64,000 nucleotides of DNA from Squalus acanthias (Eukaryota). Position numbers and translations under genes: made by a program. Positions 1 to 13,912 of the stretch are shown in pieces. Positions within the stretch are counted from its first letter, which is position 1; every line of letters starts with the position of its first letter. The stretch is from NCBI GenBank assembly GCA_030390025.1, contig CM059441.1:66774001-66838000 (forward strand), given 5' to 3'. Below the pieces are notes generated by a model, which saw only the letters and a list, made by a program, of their open reading frames with translations, made no database searches and had not been told where the DNA came from.

Positions 1-351
1 TGTGGAAACTCTGTGATACAGGTACAGCTTCACATTGGTTAGGTATTCCAAGAACGAGTAATGTAATTTTTTTGTTTCTTTTAACCAGTGCTCGGTTCCA
101 TCAACATTCAAAATATTCTGTATTCCAACCAAGTGAAATGTCTTCTTTATTGGCAGTTCTCTTTCCAAGTTGTATTCTTTTTGTCCACTTGAACCTCTTA
201 GCATCCTTTAACACAATTGGCTGAACCATCCCATGCATCTCCTCTGTTGTCCAGAGTGGGACTGCCTTCACCTGTTTTCACTCTTACCTATCCAGCCATA
301 GACAGAGAATCTCCTGTAATGGCTTCTCTTCTTGGCCTGGCACTGTTACGT

Positions 352-1378
352 CTGGTGTCTCCCAAGGATCTATCCTTGGCCCCTTCCCATTTCTCATATA
401 CATGCTGCCCCTCTGCGGCATCATTCGAAGATATGACGTCCGGTTCCACTTATACGCTGACAAGACCCATTCACCACCAGCACCTCTCTCGACCCCTCCG
501 CTGCGCCTCTCTTGTCAGACTGCTTGACCGACATCCAGTCCTGGTTGAGTTGTAATTTCCACCAATTAAACACTGGCAAGGCCGAAGCCATTGTCGTCGG
601 CCCCCGTTCCCTCGCCACCGATTCTATCCACCTCCCTGTCTCGGGCTGAACCAGACTGTTCGCAACCTCGGCGTCCTATCTGACCCTGAGCTGAGCTTCC
701 AAACCCATATCCTCTCCCTCGCAAAGACAGCCTACTTCCACCTCCATAACATCACCTGTCTCCGCTCCTGCCTCGGCTTATCCGCTGCTGAAACCCTAAT
801 CCATGCTTTGATAGCGCCAATCCTGACACTTCCAATGCTCACTTGGCTAGTCTCCCACCTTGCACCCTCCGTCAACTTCAGCTCATCCAAAACTCTGCTG
901 CCCATATTCTAGCCTGCACCAAGTCTCGCTTGCCCATCACCTCTGTGCTTGCTGACCTACATTGGCTCCCAGTCCAGCAACGCCTCGATTTATTAAAAAA
1001 AAAAATTCTCATCTTTGTGTTCAGATTTCTCCATGGCCTGTAACCTCCTCTAGCCCACAGTACTCTCAGAACTCTGCATCTCCAACTGTGGACTCTTATG
1101 CATCCTCCCCACTTCCTTCGCCCTACCAGTGGTGGCCATGCCTTCAGCTGTCTCGGCTATAAGCTCAGGATATTCCTCCCTAAACCTCTCCGTCTCTCCA
1201 CCCCTCTCTTTCCTCCATTTAAGACGCTCCTTAAAACTGATCTCTTTGACAAAGCTTTTGGTCACCTGTCCCAATATCTCCTTTTGTGGCTCGGTGTCAC
1301 ATTTTGTCTGATGAGGCTCCTGTGAAGCGCCTTGGGACATTTTACTAAGTTACAGGCATTGTATAAATGCAAGTTCTT
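352..1378 (+). mobile_element. L2-clade LINE 3' fragment (degenerate)
   Basis: Remnant LQLIQNSAAHIL...PITSVLADLHWLPVQQR typical of the L2 ORF2 C-terminus; tail tgtgaagcgccttgggac...tataaatgcaagtt. Confidence 0.85.
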
Positions 1379-3174
1379 TCCAAACCACAGCCAATGCCCC
1401 ACTTGGGCGCCAGCCAGAAGACTTGAGTTAGTGTTCCAACTTGATTGAGCTTTCCTGTTTGTCTCTTCACCTGCACACAGTGTCTGTTTGGTGTGGCTCA
1501 GAGTGGGGGATTGAACCTGTACGCACTCACTCTGTGATTCTGCACCTTGGTGCTTAAATAATTTGTTTTAATATCCAAAGTATGATGGGGTTATTGTGGT
1601 GTCTCAACCAGCTTTTATGCTATTTTAATTTAATTTTTGAGCGTATAATTGTGGATTATTGCAAACTAGCTTATACTGTTTTAATAAAGAGGTAGATAGC
1701 CCCTCTCTGCCCCCTATCATTTATCAAGATTTAATGAAAAGTGTATCCGTTTATTTGAATATCTTTGGAAAAAATAACCCACATACAGAATTGCTACATA
1801 TATTAGCATCATAAATGTATATCGAAAAGAACGGTTCAGATTCGCAGTACAAATCGTAGTAACTTTTACAGAATGTTGGGGAAATGAACATCTATTTTGT
1901 TACGGTATTAGCAACTAGTGCCTTGGAAGAGCAGCTCCCCCAGTCTGACGTTCTGTGGCCCCCGCAATTCATACTGGAGTCAATTTTTATATGTTTAAAA
2001 AATAATTGTGTATCTCTGGTCATGCGCTTTCTCAAGGCATGCGACCTGCTTCCAAGCCTTTCCCATTCCATTTGCAAGGAGTTGCCCAAGGTGACAGTAC
2101 ACCTTTGGGATTAGCATATGTCCTCCATTCAGCTTGCTGATCACATACACATTATCAAAAGCTTGCTGTATGGAGGAGATCATGGCAGGGAGTAAGGCCT
2201 TTGCAAGCCTAACGTAGTGTGGGTGTGAAGTGGTTTAACTTCCCCACTGATGCAGTTATGGTGAAAATGCAGATTGACTCCAGTAACGGGGCCTGATCAG
2301 ACAGTGGATGGAGACTCCCTCCAAGAGGAAATCTTGCTTTACTTCGTTTCAGAGTCAGTGTGGGCTTTCACAGCCGATTTACCTTCTAGGTTTAAGGTGG
2401 TGCGGAGTGTGAATGTACCGTGAATTTCTGGTGCTCCTACCCTGGGGTACCTCGACAGAAATGTCTAAAAGGGTTAGTTGACAAGACCGAGTATTTCAAT
2501 AATCATATTAACAGAAGCTGGAAAGAAACAAAGTGGATACTGTACTGTTAATGAAACTTGGAGTGAAATCAAGACCAGCATTCATTCCCTGGGTCCTTTT
2601 CAAATTGCAGTAACTGCGACTAAATTTTGGAACATGTTCTGTTTATTTTGACATTTAGTGCTGGCGGTTATATCTTCAAATGCAATCAGATGCACTTTTT
2701 CTATGGCGCATTTTGTTCTGTTGTGAGCAATGGCCCTTAGATGTGCATCAGAAGAAAAGCATAAGCATTCCTGTAGTGTGTGCGTGAAAACATGCGGACT
2801 GCAAATGTATTGCTGCTGAACCTGTAGTGCTGACTTCATGAAGCTTGTGGATATGCTTCCTGGTTCATCATGTAATGATGTAAAATGAATGCTCATACAC
2901 ACACACGACACTTTTTTGTAAACATCTGTTCTCCTGTAGCTTTGCTTGTGGGTTGAGGATGAGCTGAATGTTGGACTCTATATCTGGCCGGGGCAGATGT
3001 GGAAGAAGACGGGTCCCAGTGGAACGTGGAAGCTATTGCTGAAGCTTAGGGCAACTTCATGTAGAGTCCAGTGCCGACTCCGTTTTAAGTGCAGTTTGAG
3101 GATTTTAGAAGCCCATTTTGATGCACTGTAATTGGAGCTGGAGGCTTTTGCTGCTAATATCTCTCTCTTATTTT

Positions 3175-3432
3175 TAAGAACATAAGGAATAGGAGCAGGA
3201 ATAGCCCATTTGGCTCTTCGAGACTGCTCCGGCATTCAGTAAGATCATGGCTGATCTTCTACCTTAACTCCACCTTCCTGCACTATCCCCATATCCCTTG
3301 ATTCCCTTAGTATCCAAAAATCTATCGTTCTTTGACTTGAATATACTCAACGACTGAGCATCCACAGCCCACTGTATTAGAGAATTCCAAAGATTCACAA
3401 CCCTTTGAAGACATTTCTCCTCATTTTGGTTC
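3175..3432 (-). mobile_element. CR1-clade LINE 3' end
   Basis: Minus strand [10 protein letters not shown]...AVDAQSLSIFK..DRFL; same 3' end and ATGTTCTT-type tail as 19551 and 28650. Confidence 0.85.
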
Positions 3433-3764
3433 CTAGGAACATATGATAATCCACCCATCTCAGAATTCACAACATTTTTATTAAACGCCTTCCTTTCAGT
3501 CTGATCCTGGGGGAGGGAGTGGCATGTCGGCTATATCTTAGAGAACATCTTATTGCTAGAATGTGGTGGATAGAAGATTACTTTGGTGGAATGCAATTGG
3601 GGGAGGAAAAATTTTGCAGAATGATGAATGACAAAAATAAATTGGAATTGAGGAAAATGGAGACTTTACCAATAAACAAAATTGTCACTCCGATTGAATG
3701 TTCATGATCTAAATGGCAAATAAATTTACACTGCCAATCTTGTCCTCACCCCACCCCAAACACT

Positions 3765-4090
3765 GACCTTAGCTTGGGTACAGGCAAAGGTAGCCTTCTG
3801 GTACCTCAGTTGAGTAGCTGTTATTCATTAATGGGGCACATTGTCTGACTGTGGGGAACATCTCAGCCGAGCCTGATTCTGTCCCCTCTCAACATCTGCA
3901 TGCACGCTTCTTTTGGGAATCACTGCGTCATGAGCAGGAACGGGAACCCTTGCAGTTTTTCTTTCCTTGCTGCCTAATTTTGGGGTGCTGAGGCCAATTG
4001 TGGCACTTGGCTGAGGTCAGCTAGCTTGGCACACGCCAGGGATCATTGACATTCGGTCTGTACGACTCCATGCCACACCGTGCAGTCCAT
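3765..4090 (-). mobile_element. tRNA-headed SINE, degenerate; family recurring in window
   Basis: Shares blocks (cagccgagcctgattctgtcc, caggaacgggaaccct, gctgaggccaattgt, ggctgaggtcagcta) with copies near 17.6k, 39.2k and 48.3k. Confidence 0.5.
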
Positions 4091-7000
4091 CGAGGGAGCA
4101 CGTATGGAAGGATTTCAAGTTTGAAGTAACAAGCGTGTTAATGTGAGGGGCTTTTGGTGCTCTTGATCCCCGCCAGTCAAAGTCCTTCATTGCTCTCCTG
4201 ATCCTTCCCCAAAGTCATTCTATTTGCTCTTTTGCCACATTGCTTCTGGAAATAGAACAAACAAAAAACATTCACAATGTAGGATATAGTAGCACTGTCG
4301 TCTGTGTCATCAGCAACAATTGTTGAAACAAAATAATATTGAATCTTGAGAAACTCAGCAGAAAAGAGATGACGAACTGCTTTTACGAGTACTGTGGGTG
4401 TGAATCAATCCAGGGGAATCCAACATAATTAGAAGGAGATGTAGGACTTAAACAGGCATATTCTGTTAGTAAGTGGGCATGGTGATCCTGATGGAGGTTA
4501 TACAGGCCTGTGTGTCTGCATATGCACTGTGCTTCTGAAAGATTTCTGATGGCATATCTCTGGTGGGACATTAACCTTGTTGGTACTTTAAAGTGTGTGC
4601 TGAAAGCCATGTGCTGCGGGTTGTGAATTATTTTGGGCCTTCAGATGTGGCAGATATTGATGCTGAGTAATTGGTAGGAAATATTCCACGGTAATACTGG
4701 GAGGGGAAAAAAGAGAGGATTTGAATTTTAGCGAAGTACACAGTTGAATTATTGCAGTTGACCGTGCACCTGAAACAGCTTAACCAGGTTGGAAGGAAGG
4801 TTTTTTTTTTCAAAAACACAAACAGGCTGCTTAATTGTGCATTATGTATAAAGTATGGTGTATATTTCCCAGTAACTTGCTGTCAGGGGAAAAAACACAG
4901 CTGGTCATGTTATGATTGTGTTGTGGAAGCTTAAAAATATATGTATGGGGTATCGCCTGATAACAGCTGTAGAATAAAATATTTTTCAGGCTATTTTCAA
5001 GTGAAGTGAAAGAGACTCTGCTGGCATTGATAAATTCCGGCAGCTTTGCTCTTGCGGTTTTTGATGTCACTGAATTAATGCTTTATAGCTACCCTCCAAC
5101 CTTCTGTCATCCTGTATTGAGTAACTAAAGAGTACAGAGGATGAGGTAATCTCTTCGTGCAAAACACTAGCGAAGCAAAAATGCCTTGTCTTGACAAAGG
5201 TATCAAGGAATTTTGCACACTCAAATCGTACCAGTGCAATTTTTTTTTAAACATTTTTATTAAGACAGATTTTTCATCTGAGACTCTTCTCGTGCTTAAA
5301 AAAAAAAACTACAGGCTGGCAAATAATGGTTAACAATTGAACTGGGTAGGGAACAAGTATGCCATCAGCACACCACCTTGAACTGTAGCTAATTCCTTAA
5401 AGAACTTGGTACTGTCTGCAACCGTGCAAAGATTTCCGAATGATAGGTGATGTCGTTCTAAATTGTGAATTCACACGATCACAGCTAAGTGTTCAATTTC
5501 CTCAGACATTTACCCGCCCGCACTCTGTCGGGACACTGTCTGTGATTCCCGTCGCTGGGAATGGCTGAGCAGTTCTTCTTGTCCTTTTGTCCTGGGACCA
5601 TGGGTCTGGATGGAGACAACAAAGGTGAAAGGGGAGAAAATCAAATCCGTTGGCAAAACGAATGTCACGATTAATGGAAAATGTAAACATTACAGGGCTG
5701 CTAATGATGCCATTTTGACTGGACTTGTGCTGATTTTAAACCTAGGTTTCTATGGAAGGTGTCTGACTTGTATGTGGGAGTGTTTTTTTTTTCTTGGAAT
5801 TTTTCTTTTCAAAGCTTTCTGATCAACTGTTGGATCAAAGTGGCGCCTGTTGAAGCACGAGCATACACAGACTGCAACATCCACAGTGCGGCAGGACATG
5901 TCCTCACATCTGTAATAGTTAGTGTCACCACCTTTTGTCTCTGCCAGGTGGTGGGGTGGGAGAAAGAACCGCCTTCCCAGGTTTATGTCCAGTGTGCAGC
6001 GGCAGAGTGGTATCTGGTTGAATATGGACTGCTATAATACATTATTATGTTAGTGTAGTGCTTTACCCAGAGGAGTCCTGACTAGCCGCAGCATTGAGTT
6101 ATGTGTGGAGGTGGTCAGCTGGTAGTGAAATCATAGGGCAGCCCAATTACTGGAGGATACCTGGGTTATTCAACATACTAGAAAGGAGGAAATTGCTTAT
6201 CGACTGGGACATTGTGTTAAATGACAAGAAAAAGTATGTGGAGGAGCACGGGACAACAACTTCTAAAAATAGAGTAAGGGATCAAGGAAAGTCTGTCAAT
6301 TGGTCTTTTGTAGCCGACAGTTTAACAACTGTGATTAAACATCCTTTTCTAATTGGTGATCTATAAAATAAGGATAATTTCATATATATTAATGTAACTA
6401 TAATAGCATTTTGGAAGCATTGACACCAGCAGGAGAGATATTTCTGCTTTGTTTTGCGAAAGCCTTTTAAGCAGCTCTGTGAATTCTGGTTGTTAGTTTG
6501 AAGGAGGGCTGTATTAACATGATATGAAAAGGAACAGTTTCTCACTCGTTCTTGGTAGGTCAGGTCACAGGGACAGGCACTTTTACATTGGGTTTAGACT
6601 GCAGTCTCTTGGTCTTTGGGGGTGTTTGTAGCCCCTGTTATAGCAGGTCACCTATCTGAGCTTGTATTGTGTGCAGAGAGTAGGACAGAAGGTGCAAAAT
6701 TGACTCTCTCAATAACAGAGTCATAAATTCTGAATGTAATATCCATGTGAGGAAGCGGCTAGCTGTTACTTGGTGGGGAAATAACTAAAATCAGGAATCT
6801 TACAAATATTTGCTCAGCTGATTTGTTAACTTGTGGAGGAGGTGTGGACAATACCCTAGGGCTGCATGTTCTTCTGTTTGCAAATTTCAGCAAAAAAAAT
6901 GTCCGTGTAAAGACCCTCCTTTTATACTCGAGGAGGAAACTATAATGGCCTTAAAGGTTAGAGCCGAGATCTGGCAGAGTTAGTTAATCTGATTATTGAC

Positions 7001-8984
7001 GGGGATGCTAAAAATAGCCTCACTACCTCGGCTCGTGAGTGAAAATTAGACAGATTTCCATTCCAGATGGTTGTCCAGTGACCTCTGCTGCAAGTACACA
7101 TAGGTACATGGATATTCATTGAGGGTAGCATTGGCCTCAGCCTGTGTACCGTACCTTCCCTTTCAGTTGAATACTCTGCTTAAAACCACTGTCCAGGCTT
7201 GCAGGTAAAGAATGCTCACTGGGGTGAGATTTCGGAGAAATGCTTGCAGCGCACTCCAGAATGAGTCGCCACTTTCAGGAGAAGAGGGCAGAAAGGAAGT
7301 TGAAGCGTTGGACTGTTGACGATTTTCAATATAAACTGGTTGAGCACCAGTACTGGGCAAGGTGGCTTGTCGTCTTGTCTGATTGTGTCCAATGAAAGAA
7401 TCTAAACCACCTTGTAGCAAAATTTAACGGTGCAAAGATAACGGGAAAAACATCACAAATACTGGAAATGCGAAATAAAAACTCCCAAGTGCTAGAAATG
7501 CATAGTAGGTTGATCACTACCTATAGGCGAGTTCATGTAGGACCAATCATCAGAGCTACTGTCAATTTTATATCAATATATCGTTGCCAGTTCTGTTGTG
7601 GAAACATTGATCTTTCTCTTTCAGATGCTGATTGACCTGCTGTGGATTTCCAGCATTTTCTGTTTTTAGAGGAGCAAAGTTTTTTTTGCTGAAATAACAT
7701 TTTAACTCTGGTGGCATTGCACCTCTGAATGTGGCCTCTTGGTCTCCATGTTGTCTTATTGGTGATTATACTATTTCTGTTCCTTTTTGCCATATGACAG
7801 GGCACTGTAGTCGAAGTCACGGTTTTATATTCATTTTGCATTTTGTTTCCATCAGCCCAAGACCAGCATGACTTGGTGTGCTAGTCTGACAAAATGTGTG
7901 ATGGCATGGAGTCGGATGATGACTTTTCATGTAAGACAGACGGAAGCTCTGATAAAGCAAGCAGGAGTTCACGAACAGGGTTCAGTAATGAGGCGTTACA
8001 TTTACCAGACAATAACAACTCCGTTCCTCTGCATAAATGACAGTGCAATAAGTGAAGTCACACTGGGAGCACATAATGCAAAATGAGCAGCTGCGATGCA
8101 TTTTGTTTCTGCACAGTGTTGTTTTCGTTGAGTTTTGAGGTGTTTTGATATCACTTTTTTGGCGTTGGTAGTAAGTGTGGAATTGTGCTGACTCTGGTGT
8201 TTTTGAACAAGCTGTGTTCTATGATATTTCCAGGACTGAACTTTTGTCTGAGCCGTTTCTGGTGAGCAGGTAGGCCCGTGCTACACGGACATACAAAAAG
8301 ACAGACTGTTGAGTCTGTCCCAAGCAGTCATGATGCAACTGAGCATTATGCAACCCCCCCCCCCCCCCCTCCCCCCCAAAACCACTGTTCTCTCTCCTGT
8401 GGAGAGGCAGAAAACCAGATTGTTAAAAAACCGGGGGTGGGGGAATGGGAAATTCTCTCCAACCCTTTAAGGCCATTAAACCAGTTCAGGAGATCACAGT
8501 GCCCGTGAGGCACATATCCAACATCCCACCTACCTTTTGTACGCAGTGATATTTACCACAGCAGGGAACTGGTGCAGCTCCATTTTGAACAGTTGCAGCG
8601 AATCTGCACTTGCCACATTAACTTATCCCAAGCGTCGCTAATTCTCGGCATGCACCGTGGTCCAACATCTGGTGTTACTGCTGTCCTCGACCTGCTATTG
8701 GGTGTCACTGATCACTTTTCTAACTTTCATCACTTGTGACTGACTGAGACACAGCGTGGTATACTGTGCTGTTTAAAGGGACTGGTCACTCTGACCATGC
8801 TTGTATTCTCACAGATGCGGTGCAGACTCTGCTTCAGCTCCAGATGCACACTGCAAACTGAATCTTAAATTTTAAACCTTTAATTAGAGCCATTTAAAAA
8901 ATATTACTAAGGCTTTTATTCTATCTAAATGTTTTCTACAGTCTTGTTCTCAGGAAAGTTAACTGTTGAGCAGCCAGTGCGAAA

Positions 8985-9395
8985 GCAAATATTTGTATTT
9001 ACATCGCGCTTTGTCACGTCCTTGGGACATAACCAATGCTTCACAACCAATTCATTATTTTTGCACTGTAATCACTTTTGTGACTGCCGAAGAAGAAGAT
9101 GATGATGTAGGCAAACATGGCAGCCAATTTGTGTACAGTAAGGACCCACAAACAAGAAATTAGATGAATGACCTGTTGGTCTAGTTTTGGTGGTAGTTGA
9201 GGGAAGGATGTTGTTTTTTCTTCAATGTCCACCTGAATAGGAAGTTAGTTTAACACCCTTGTGCGATTTAAAATAATGCCGCAGTCCTTCAGCAGAACAG
9301 TGAAATGTTAACTTTGATTATGCGTCCGAGGAATGGGGCTTGATCCCACAGCCTTTTGAATGGGAGGCAAGACGGCTACCAGTTGAGCCAAGCTG
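8985..9395 (-). mobile_element. DeuSINE-like (SacSINE1-type) copy, old
   Basis: Collinear diverged version of the adjacent 9440-9835 copy (ggcagccaatttgtg, tccacctga, ggggcttgatcccacagcctt). Confidence 0.65.
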
Positions 9396-9439
9396 ATGCC
9401 CCAGTTTTGTGCAGTTCCAAGCAAACTAACTTTAAAAAA

Positions 9440-9835
9440 GACTAGCATTTATATCACGCCTTTCACAACCTCAGGACGTCCCAAAACACATTACAGCCAA
9501 TGAAGTACTTTTGAAGTGTAGTCACTGTTGTAATGTAGGAAATGTGGTAGCCAATTTGTGCTCCGCAAGCTCCCACAAACAGCAATGTGATATGAACAGA
9601 TAATCTGGTTTTTTTTGTGATGTTGGTTGTGGGATAAGTATTGGCCAGGACACCGGGAAGAACTCCCCTGCTCTTCAAAATAGTGTCATGGGATCTTTTA
9701 CATCCACCTGAGAGGGCAGACGGGGCCTCGGTTTAACGGCACCTCCGGCAGGTCAGCACTCCCTCAGTACTGCACTGGAACGCTAGCCTAGATTCTGCAC
9801 TCCAGTCTTTGGAGTGGGCCTTGAATTCACACACT
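9440..9835 (-). mobile_element. DeuSINE-like (SacSINE1-type) SINE with L2-like tail
   Basis: Blocks agctcccacaaacagcaatgtg, ttggccaggacacc, catccacctgagagggcagacggggcctcggtttaac and ctccctcagtactgcactgg; closely similar to 49570-49960. Confidence 0.8.
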
Positions 9836-12044
9836 GCTGACAGATTAGCCTCAGTCCTCAGCAAAGCGTGGCTCTGCAGGCCAGATCATGGAGATCCACA
9901 GCAAGACTAGGGCTATAGTGCTGGTCTAGTGAGGGCAAGGCTGTATGTTTGCTGTGCTCCACAAGTCTGCAGTTCTTCCTCTCTTTTCCTTGCTAATGGG
10001 CCATACATTGAGTGGTGTTGTTTAGCATTGTTCTATTATATAACTAAAATCAAAAATGTGTGTGCATAGTTGAGCTCACATAAACAGGAGCATTGATTCA
10101 ATCACTGTCCTGTCAACATTAATGCTGAAGAACAGGGCATTGATGCTGACTTTACATCAAGTATTCCAAGCACTGAAGTAAGTTATTTACTTCCCAAGTG
10201 ATGCACAGATCGAAGTAGTTTTGTACTGAGTCTTCAGTTCACAAAGAACCAGTTAATTTTGGATTGTGAGATGCTTTTGAGTTGAATATTTGTTGTGCTA
10301 ATCAGGTAATGGCTGCACGTCCTCTGCGTGGGCACTGTAATTGAGCTATTTATAGTCACGTCTGTACAACTCCTTTTCCATTGGTCCTCATGCAAGTTTC
10401 TCCCAGTTACAGTGCAAGAGTGGAATCATTGCTACACACTGACCCCTCACCACAAACCGTCCTGGCCTTTTACTCATCGGGCTGCTTGGTTCTTAGACTG
10501 GGGTCATTGGTATAGTGTTTCCCCTTCCACAAACTCACTTTCCTGGTATATTTTCTATTAGCAATAATGCATCGAAAATATCTCCGTTGCCTGACTTTGG
10601 TTAAATGCTGTCATTAGTATTTTGCTATAACACCTCGATGCAAAACATTTGCAAGTTTCTGCCAAAGTGATTAATCTAGCGATGGAGAGGTGCATCACAG
10701 ACTGTGTATCCTTTGTTGAATACAGTCTTTGTACTCATTTTAAGTGCCTGCATCTTTGTAAAGAAGGCCGTGAGTAAAATGTCAGATGTCTCGGAAATAA
10801 GCTGTGCCCTTATAGGTATTGTTAGTTGTACAACCCTTTCATGTTGTGGGAGCTGATGACGTAACACAGCTTGTTGATGTGCTGCGTAGTGGTGGAATAC
10901 AAGCTTGGTGGCAGAAGCTCCTGGGTTGGGCCAAGCTGAGAAAGGAGCTGTGGTAAAGCACCGTCTACTAGGTGTACAGTAAAGTCATGAGGCAAATTGA
11001 CCGGTTGTCATGTGGCTCAGTCACCTGTTCAAGAGCAGTAGTGATTGGGGAAGAGAAAGATCCATGGTGAGATGTTAAAATGCACAGCTTGCGTCGGCCT
11101 GGGCCTCTATTCTTGATTTTACAGCTAGTTACTTGATGTACAGGGTTTTAGTTCATCACCTGGCCACTTGTCAAACTCTTTGTGCTTCCTGTGTGGTACC
11201 CTGACGTTCTTCCTCAGATCTGAATTCCGATTGTACGTCAAATTCTTGACAGAAGTTCAGTTGTGTCTCATAATTGAGGTTACATAGAATTACATGTTGA
11301 AGTATTGTGGCAAGAGTAAACTTGAAAGAGGAAGTAGATGCTGCTGAGCAAGCAAAGTTCTTTGATGTACTTGGAGTGTTTACAAGTGCTGTGCAGACTC
11401 CTGTCTGTCAGTGAGGCATGTGCGAGTGAACGAAAGAGTTTGTCTGAAAAACACACTTGCTTTCTAAGTAAGAAATCAATGGTAAGAATTGTTGAATAGA
11501 GTATTGTCAAGAAGACTAATTGAGAAGCGTTATATAGACCTTGTGATTGTAGCACAGCCTTAAAGTGATTCCCTTCGCCAGCAAAAGTAGGAATTCATTA
11601 TTTAATCAATTATTATTGTTCCTTCGATCCGTTCGATTTCAGAAACAGACCAGTGTCCCTTCAAATAATCTGATCCCAGGGCCATGTAACCAATCCTATT
11701 ATAACACACACAAAAATTCAGTGGCATGCATCTAGCAAGGCTGTACCCTTCTCCATTTGTACCTCTCCCCACCATACACCTGTAACTAATCCTGTGCTTG
11801 GCCCCACTCCTGCAGCGTCCGATCTGGCTGCCCTTGCTCCCTGCAGCTCTTGGCGACCCCTACAACAATTTATTTATTTATTTCCCCCCAAGTATTATTG
11901 CTGTAACTGTTACAATGATACCAGTATTGGGGCTTCACTTTATATTCAGATGGGGGAGTGCTGCGCTAGGCCGCTGGAAGTTGACCAGTCCCTTCCAGTC
12001 CGTTTGCTTTCTCCTGCTCTGGCCTCCTTGCTTGTAATTCCACC

Positions 12045-12130
12045 CAGCCGGGGAATTAGGGCGGGCAGCTCTTTCGGAGAGCTGACACGGGCGCGATGGG
12101 CCAAGTGGCCGCTTTCTGTGCTGTAAAACA
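12045..12130 (+). mobile_element. CR1 3' tail fragment
   Basis: agctctttcggagagctgacacgggcgcgatgggccaagtggcc...tgtgctgtaa matches the end of the 35745-37052 copy. Confidence 0.55.
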
Positions 12131-12779
12131 CTGTTTCCGGCCACCAGCAACAGATTTTTGCACCTATGACACACGGAGAAGGGAAGCAAAATTAGTAGAC
12201 AGCTTATCCATTAAGAACACAATTGAATTCCTCCAGCTATACTTGTAGGACACTACTGTGGAGTGAGGGAGAGAATATGGCCGGAAATAAAAGTTGGAGT
12301 ATTTCAGGGGCATTAATATTTAATAAAACAATAGGCCAGACAGATGGAAACTAGACTGTAGGGGTGCCTTATTTGTCCAAACATAGGAGGCCCTCAAACG
12401 ATATGGCGACTCCCTACTTCTTGGGAGAGAAATGAGTAGCACAGTATCTGCTTTCCCCCCACCCCCACTCCATGGTGGAGAAAGGCAAGTATCTTATGTC
12501 AGTTTGGTAAATTGAGTCCCTGCAGATTCAACAAAATAACATGAAGAGACCACGTGACAACACTTCATATTTCAGAGTAACTCGGAACAGCCACACCTCC
12601 CAGAGGAAAAACCATCCCCTGGGACGAGCAACGGCCCATCCCATGCTTGCCTCTTCTACCTATTTATAGTTAGCTGTAGAAATCTAACCATAGCCTTAAG
12701 TATGAGCAACATTCAGAGAAAGAGTCCTGCCCCCAATGATAATCGAACATGCATTATCAAAAATGATCTAGGTAAAGAA

Positions 12780-12945
12780 AGCAAGCACTTAGATTTATAT
12801 AGCACCTTTCACGATCTCCGGACATCCCAAAGTGTTTCACAGCCAATTAAGTACTTTTTAACAAAAAAATAGTCACTGTAGCATTGTCGAAAGGCGGCAG
12901 CTAATTTTCACACAGCAAGATCCCACAAACGGCGATGAAATGAAT
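12780..12945 (-). mobile_element. DeuSINE/L2-tail fragment
   Basis: atttatatagcacctttcacg...cagccaattaagtactttt...gatcccacaaac. Confidence 0.65.
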
Positions 12946-13600
12946 ATCATGACCTTTAGATAAACAAGCAATCCTACAAAGGAAGACAAAGAAATAATCA
13001 ACATGTAAAGACCTTATTCCTCTATTTTTCAATCTGCCCCCCCCCTCCAATGCTACCAACCTGTCCTACTGCCTCAGTACTACCTTCCAATGGGAGAGAA
13101 TGGATAGGTGCACGTTATAGAAGCAAACTATTGGATACCCTAGATGTGGGAGAGCCAAGGCCAGGAGGTAAATTTCCAAACACTGAGCAGATAAAACTTT
13201 TATTTTGGTGTCTTAGGATATTATGAACAAACACTGCTCGTATAACCATAATGCTCACTCCAGAAAGAGCAGCCATCTTAATTCAGCTAGTAATCTTAAT
13301 CTTAAAAACAATGATTTTTAAAAAATCAGTGGCTCAGCTGCATTAGACATATGTCTCTATGTAATAAAGAACCTACCACACCATTAAGGCCATCTTACGA
13401 AGAACCCTAAACCAAGAGCCTGGCAGCTGTCAAACCTCAGGAACAGATAGGCATCTTAAACTCAGACACACTTAGCTTGGCGTTCTCCAAGGAGCTAGTA
13501 GGAGGCGCGTGCTTGCTTCCCCTTTCCCTGTTGGAGCCTTCCTTGCAGCCAAGGAAGGTGAGTGAGGATGTTGGAGCACACTGCAGTGCACGAGTGGTGT

Positions 13601-13912
13601 ATCACAGAATCCCCACAGTGCAGATAGAGGCCATTTCGGCCCATCGAGCCTGCACCGACACATATCCCACCCTATCCCCGAAACCCCACGTATGTTAATC
13701 CCCCCTAACACTAAGGGTCAATTTATCATAGCCAAATCAACCTAACCCGCACATCTTTGGACTGTGGGAGGAAACCGGAGCACCCGGAGGAAACCCACGC
13801 AGACACGGAGAATGTGCAAACTCCACACAGACAGTCATCGAGGCCGGATTCGAACCCGGGTCCCTGGCGCTGTGAGGTAACAGTGCTAACCACTATGCCA
13901 CCATGTTGCCCC
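13601..13912 (-). mobile_element. V-SINE (shark HE1-like), near full length
   Basis: Minus strand has a tRNA-like head (box A tggcatagtgg, box B ggttcgaatcc), the V-domain tgtgtggagtttgcacattctcc...gggtttcctccgggtgctccggtttcctcccac, and a CR1-like tail. Confidence 0.88.

Noticed and set aside
13830-13912. tRNA gene
   Set aside because: Box A and B belong to a V-SINE head followed by the SINE body; no full cloverleaf.
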